Assembly (NCBI GenBank): GCA_021792255.1 | Contig: JAJYUZ010000002.1 | Location: forward strand, 128,001 to 192,000 | Direction: 5' to 3' | DNA length: 64,000 nucleotides | DNA from: Thermoplasmata archaeon | GTDB taxonomy: Archaea > Thermoplasmatota > Thermoplasmata > Thermoplasmatales > GCA-001856825 | Part shown: positions 59,401-64,000 of the stretch, one piece after another | Layout: every line of letters starts with the position of its first letter | How positions within the stretch are numbered: the stretch's first letter is position 1 | Program-made: the position numbers and the translations under genes | The notes under the pieces: generated by a model | The model's database searches: none | What the model saw: the letters and a program-made list of their open reading frames with translations, nothing else | What the model was told of the DNA's origin: nothing

Positions 59401-60434
59401 AGGAAGATGTCATAGAGAAGTATCCATTCCTCAGGAGAGGGCTCATTCAGTACCTTGGAGAAGGAATATCGGTCAAATCTTTCCTGGAAGAAAACGAATA
59501 CTTCCTTCAGAAGTCGGCAGCCTTGCTCTACAGCATTATGAACGGGGAAGAAGTGTCATTTCCTATCAACGGGGAAGAGCGGGTCAAGAATTACATCATA
59601 ACGAAAATTATCCTCACTTACATCCGCGATTATTTCATCTCCGCAAGGTATGCGATAAAAGAGAGAAAGGTGCTATATGATACTCTGGAAAAGGAGTCAG
59701 ATATACGAAACCTCAAATCTGTGTCTCACGAACTGAATGTGGAAATCGAAAAGCAGGATGACAGATATCTGATACCCATTCCATCGTTTTTGAGGAATGC
59801 AGTTGTATTCAATGACAAGGAACTCAAACTCTGCAATCAGGAGCTGAGAGAAGGGAACGTCGTCGCATCAAAGCACGTTCTCTCAAAAATAATCAGGGAG
59901 GCATTCTACAGAAAATACATGACTGAAGTGAATGAGGTCGTGGAATTTCCACCTGATGTAGACAGGATGCTAAAGCCATACGTGAGTGAAGTTGTATCAA
60001 AAGGAAGAGAGATAAGACAGGAACTGGCAAATATGGGACCTCTCAATGAAAAATCCTTCCCACCCTGTCTCGCAGAGATAATAGATCAGATGAAGAAAGG
60101 CGCAAACGTTTCCCACGCCGGACGCTTCTTTCTCGTTACTTTTCTTCACAGAATTGGCCTGCCAAACGATGAGATCTATAAGTATTTTGGAGAAGTTCCG
60201 GATTTTGCGGAAAGGATTACCAGGTACCAGATAGAACACATTACAGGAACTGGGCGCGGTAGGGAATACAGTGTACCATCCTGTCAGACCCTCGGATCTC
60301 TCGGATTGTGTTACAAGGAGAGGGATCCACTCTGCAGTTCTGGGAAGATATCACACCCTCTTAGTTTCTATCGGACCAGGAATTTAGGTAATAGACCTGT
60401 AAGCAAGTCTGGCCCTGTAAAAAGAGTTGATTAG
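59397..60434 (+). CDS. priL: DNA primase large subunit
   Basis: KYPFL, FPPC, H.GRF, T.YQIEHI.G, Y..PSC and the LC..C Fe-S domain. Confidence 0.92.
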   Translation: MKEDVIEKYPFLRRGLIQYLGEGISVKSFLEENEYFLQKSAALLYSIMNGEEVSFPINGEERVKNYIITKIILTYIRDYFISARYAIKERKVLYDTLEKESDIRNLKSVSHELNVEIEKQDDRYLIPIPSFLRNAVVFNDKELKLCNQELREGNVVASKHVLSKIIREAFYRKYMTEVNEVVEFPPDVDRMLKPYVSEVVSKGREIRQELANMGPLNEKSFPPCLAEIIDQMKKGANVSHAGRFFLVTFLHRIGLPNDEIYKYFGEVPDFAERITRYQIEHITGTGRGREYSVPSCQTLGSLGLCYKERDPLCSSGKISHPLSFYRTRNLGNRPVSKSGPVKRVD

Positions 60435-60977
60435 CCCCGATACCCCTAGGAACAGCAATGCCCAAGATGTGATGTAAAATCCAAACAATGTGATTCCGGT
60501 CGTAAAAATTTGCACTATGATCACTATCATGATAATGACCAATCTATCTGCGCGTCCAGGAAATCCTGCGTATATCCTGTTCAAACCGACTGCTTGTGAT
60601 TGTGTTCCGACATAACTGCTGAGGAAGGTACCTGCTATGGCAATTATTCCAAAATATAAATTGCCAAACAAGCTGACCGTCATTCCGAATAGTATGATGA
60701 AATCGGAATATCTGTCCAAGAGGTGATCTAAGAAGTCACCCTTTTTTGATTCCTTCTTGAATTTCCTGGCTATCGCACCATCTAAAGCATCGAAGTATGA
60801 TGAACTTCCCAGCAGAACAAATGAAATTATCAGGTACCCATAATAGTATGAAACAGCAAACAGAATTGCCAGGAGGAAGGAGATTATGGTGATAGAGTTG
60901 GGATTAACGCCTTTAAGTCTCGATGCCACTCCATCAATCAGGAAACCTGCTCTGCTCCTCATCTTATCTAGTACCAA
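60384..60977 (-). CDS. CDP-alcohol phosphatidyltransferase
   Basis: PN.IT and D.LDGAIAR......KGDFLDH.LDR.SD. Confidence 0.93.
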   Translation of the reverse strand: MVLDKMRSRAGFLIDGVASRLKGVNPNSITIISFLLAILFAVSYYYGYLIISFVLLGSSSYFDALDGAIARKFKKESKKGDFLDHLLDRYSDFIILFGMTVSLFGNLYFGIIAIAGTFLSSYVGTQSQAVGLNRIYAGFPGRADRLVIIMIVIIVQIFTTGITLFGFYITSWALLFLGVSGLINSFYRARLAYRSIT

Positions 60978-61453
60978 TTTAATATCTCCTCGGTCAGGTC
61001 GATTTTCACCCTCTTAGAATCTTTCCCTTTAATTACATTTTCTATAAAGTCTGCCGTCTCCTCCAAACTAGTATTCAATATTTCTGCGGTTTTTCCAGGA
61101 TGGAGTCTTTCCGCCTCTACTCCAATAAGGTCTATCGCCTCGCTCTCAACGTTGTCCATGATTTTTGAATTCGAATACCCCCTCTTCTTCAATCTTTCTT
61201 CCAGTTCTTTCAGATGAGACCTAATCACCACCACGGTTTCGCAGTCCGCATAGTGTGAAAGATGTCCAAAGTAGATTCCATCCTTTCTGATTTTCCTCAG
61301 GCACTTTTCATCAACAATCTTTTCTCCGTCTTTGATCTCAACAACACATTCACCAATCAAGTTATCGAACTCCAGTGCCTTATAACCTCTATCACTAATC
61401 TCACTCATTACTGTCGACTTTCCGACACCAGGAGTGCCCGTTATGCAGATCAT
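60968..61453 (-). CDS. AK6/Fap7-type adenylate kinase
   Basis: ITGTPGVGKST, GHLSH and RL..RGY...KI..N.ESE. Confidence 0.9.
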   Translation of the reverse strand: MICITGTPGVGKSTVMSEISDRGYKALEFDNLIGECVVEIKDGEKIVDEKCLRKIRKDGIYFGHLSHYADCETVVVIRSHLKELEERLKKRGYSNSKIMDNVESEAIDLIGVEAERLHPGKTAEILNTSLEETADFIENVIKGKDSKRVKIDLTEEILNWY

Positions 61454-62721
61454 TTTACGATTCCCAATTTAAGGGGCCTAGCAAGGTGCCTTCGAGCAAT
61501 AATGGGTACTTCATAAAATCCCGGAGCTATTTCCCTGTTCTCAGTCCTTTCTTCTCCTTTATTGCTCCTCGCTCCGCACTTCCTGCATCTGAATCCCCCA
61601 CTTCTTCCGACGCTTTCCATCCTTGTCTTGCATTTTGGGCACAAGGGAGGTCTGATTTCCTTGATCCTGGATACGGAAATGACCTCAATTTTTTCTATGT
61701 TGATGAATCCAACTTTTGTGATACCTCCATAGACCCTTACCTCGTCCCCTCTAGTCAATTTTGACAGTAGAGTTCTAAATTCCTTGGTAGGCTCCATCGC
61801 TACGACCCTTATTTTTTTTCCATTAGATTCAATATCGAAGCTTAGAATTCCCCCTCTGCTCCAGGAGGGTTCTGAAGAAACGAAACCCCTGATTATTGAA
61901 GAACTGTAGAGTTTAGATTCTTCAATGGTTCTCTCTACGAGATGATCGTCTGTTGCCTGATTAGTCTTGTATATTACAAAAGATGAAAAAGGCTCGCTCT
62001 TGATGTACCTCTCATAGTCAATAAGTCTCGTCGGTTCGATGCTCCTGATACCAAAAAGGACCGGTGTCTTGGTTGTTGGCCTAATTGCATTGTAGTTGTT
62101 CTTAAAATCAAAATTGTCGAAGGTATCAACGAATGTTCTTTCAATCAACTTCGAGCTCGAGTCATCGACAAAATGGCTTCCGCTCCACATTTCTCTTTCG
62201 AGATACGCTATCAACTCATAGGTAGGGTTCCTCTCTGGCCATGAGATCGCTGCGTTGGCTCCTACTATACCAACCTGTCCATTTATCGACCAAAAGTCTC
62301 CCTTGACCTTATCCACCACCTTTGCATAGTCTACGAATTCTCTAACGGCATCCCAGTAGAAATTCTCATCATTCTTTTCTCTCCCGATCACCAGGGCCGG
62401 ATTTGTATCCTTTTCCTTGGGGGAGAATTTTTCGATTATGGACATTATATCGATGTCCATTCTTTCTTCCCGGTACCGTTTGAAAGAGTTGATACTTTCC
62501 TCACCAATTCTTCCGACGACCTCTTTTTTGCCTTCTCCCCTCCCAAGCGTCAGGGAAATGGCAGCATTTCCCCTGGTTTTCAGCGGAATGTTGGGGTTCA
62601 ACCTTACCAACCTTGGAAAACCTATTAGATCCAGATTTGAGTTCTTCAAAATCTCTATGGTCAGATAAGTAGTGCACATTTCTGTACGGGAATCAGTGTC
62701 ATCGATACCGAGAATGGGCAC
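61450..62721 (-). CDS. tiaS: tRNA(Ile2) agmatidine synthetase
   Basis: GIDDTDS...MCTTY, PRLVRLNPNIP.KTRGN, TNQ.TD.H and a C-terminal Zn ribbon. Confidence 0.95.
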   Translation of the reverse strand: MPILGIDDTDSRTEMCTTYLTIEILKNSNLDLIGFPRLVRLNPNIPLKTRGNAAISLTLGRGEGKKEVVGRIGEESINSFKRYREERMDIDIMSIIEKFSPKEKDTNPALVIGREKNDENFYWDAVREFVDYAKVVDKVKGDFWSINGQVGIVGANAAISWPERNPTYELIAYLEREMWSGSHFVDDSSSKLIERTFVDTFDNFDFKNNYNAIRPTTKTPVLFGIRSIEPTRLIDYERYIKSEPFSSFVIYKTNQATDDHLVERTIEESKLYSSSIIRGFVSSEPSWSRGGILSFDIESNGKKIRVVAMEPTKEFRTLLSKLTRGDEVRVYGGITKVGFINIEKIEVISVSRIKEIRPPLCPKCKTRMESVGRSGGFRCRKCGARSNKGEERTENREIAPGFYEVPIIARRHLARPLKLGIVK

Positions 62722-63506
62722 TATTTTCCGTACCTCCTCTGTCTTTTCTGATAATCTCTGACCGCCTTTAGGAGGTCAAGTTTGGTGATATCAGGCCAGT
62801 ATACGTCAGTAAAATACAACTCTGAATAGGCCGACTGCCATAAGAGAAAATTGCTAATCCTCTCCTCTCCCGAGGTCCTGATGACAAGATCTGGATCTTC
62901 CATCTCTCCAGTGTAGAGATATTTTTCAATCAGTTTCTCGTTAATGTCTTCAGGTTCGAGCTTGCCCTTCTTGACTTCCTTTGAAATGTTCTTTATCGCG
63001 TCAAGAATCTCTTCTCTACCTCCGTACGCTATTGCAACATTCAGTTGGTACTTATCAAAATTCTTGGTGTATTCTTCGGCCCTCTTAGCAGCTTCCTTGA
63101 CGAACTCTGGAAGAAGCTCAGTCTTCCCAATCAGTCTCACCTTAATTCTGTTTTTTGTAATTCTTTCGTCCTGTATAATGTCCTGGAAGCTGTTAGCATA
63201 TAGGTTCATAAGATATTCTATTTCTGATGAATCTCTTTTGAAATTCTCAGTAGAAAAAGCATAGACAGTCACTATCTTGATTCCTATATCGTAGGCCCAG
63301 TCCAGAAACTCCTCGAGTCTCTCTTTGCCCAACAGGTGTCCTTTATCTCTAGAAACGCTCAGTTGTCTTGCGAACCTTCTGTTACCATCCATTATGACTG
63401 CAATGTGCTTTGGCAGCGGATCTTTTCTGATGTCCTCTAAGAGACTCTGTTCGTACATTTCTCTTATCCCTGAGAGGACAGAGTTGAAGAATCCCTGTTT
63501 CGGCAT
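62721..63506 (-). CDS. uppS: cis-prenyltransferase (polyprenyl diphosphate synthase)
   Basis: HIAVIMDGNRR, YAFSTENF.R, YGGR and RTSGE.RISNFLLWQ. Confidence 0.96.
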   Translation of the reverse strand: MPKQGFFNSVLSGIREMYEQSLLEDIRKDPLPKHIAVIMDGNRRFARQLSVSRDKGHLLGKERLEEFLDWAYDIGIKIVTVYAFSTENFKRDSSEIEYLMNLYANSFQDIIQDERITKNRIKVRLIGKTELLPEFVKEAAKRAEEYTKNFDKYQLNVAIAYGGREEILDAIKNISKEVKKGKLEPEDINEKLIEKYLYTGEMEDPDLVIRTSGEERISNFLLWQSAYSELYFTDVYWPDITKLDLLKAVRDYQKRQRRYGK

Positions 63507-63538
63507 GCGCCCTTAAATGGATAAAAGGGATAAATTGT

Positions 63539-64000
63539 TTACTTCTTTCTCATTCGGAAATAAAATAAGGAAGAAGATGGAGAATAACCGTGGACTATCC
63601 TGCTCTGTACGACTTCTACTCCCTTAAATTCTATTTTATCCTTTCTATTCGAAATATGAGTCAGGTGAATGATGGTTCCTCGTCCCAAGCTCGAAACAAC
63701 ATTCTGGAACACACTCAATGGCTGGGATGGATTATTCATTAATACCTGATCTACTCCTTCAAAGCAATCGAGGATTCTGTTGGAATCTGCGACCAGCACC
63801 TCTCCACAAACCTTGTTCAACTTCATGTTTTGCCTGAGCAATTTTGTAGCATCTTGGTTCATATCAATTGAAAGGACTTTTACTCCACTTTTCAGGAGGG
63901 GGATTGACAAAGGCCCAACACCAGCATACATATCCACTACCAACCCCGTCTTAACCGTTTGAAAGCAGCTTTTAATAATATCTCTCCTCAATCCCGCCAG
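63539..64000 (-). CDS. Partial Trm5/TYW2 (Met-10+ like) SAM-dependent tRNA modification enzyme
   Basis: VVDMYAGVGP.SIP, D.N..A...L..N..LN and MNNP. The frame runs off the window edge. Confidence 0.75.
   Translation of the reverse strand: MAGLRRDIIKSCFQTVKTGLVVDMYAGVGPLSIPLLKSGVKVLSIDMNQDATKLLRQNMKLNKVCGEVLVADSNRILDCFEGVDQVLMNNPSQPLSVFQNVVSSLGRGTIIHLTHISNRKDKIEFKGVEVVQSRIVHGYSPSSSLFYFRMRKK

Noticed and set aside
1-64000. CRISPR arrays, IS elements, proviral genes, rRNA, RNase P RNA
   Set aside because: No regularly spaced repeats, transposase, integrase or capsid ORFs, and no rRNA or RNase P signature sequences seen by eye.

Overview
This 64 kb window is gene-dense archaeal core chromosome, most likely from Thermoplasmata/Thermoplasmatales-related organisms. 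That assignment is an inference from the Zn-type ferredoxin, tetraether synthase, non-phosphorylative Entner-Doudoroff genes, single-OB SSB and DUF835. It holds about 78 protein genes covering translation, replication, central carbon, lipid and polyamine metabolism. RNA genes are three tRNAs (Ser-UGA, Ala-CGC, and Ser-GGA with a 13-nt intron) and the SRP (7S) RNA. There is also one doubly frameshifted nucleotidyltransferase pseudogene. I found no CRISPR array, transposase, integrase or rRNA. No large novel multi-gene system is evident. The best leads are: a cyclase-family gene coupled between gluconate dehydratase and glucose dehydrogenase (candidate lactonase); an 82-aa Pop5-like protein coupled to tbp; an hjc gene that seems to need an ACG start; a probable arginine synthetase (ArcE-like); a standalone HNH nuclease with interleaved inverted repeats at its start; a Ser tRNA intron that fits a Tyr-type anticodon; and an NfeD protease with His at the catalytic Lys position. 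All family calls come from motif recognition by eye, with no database search.
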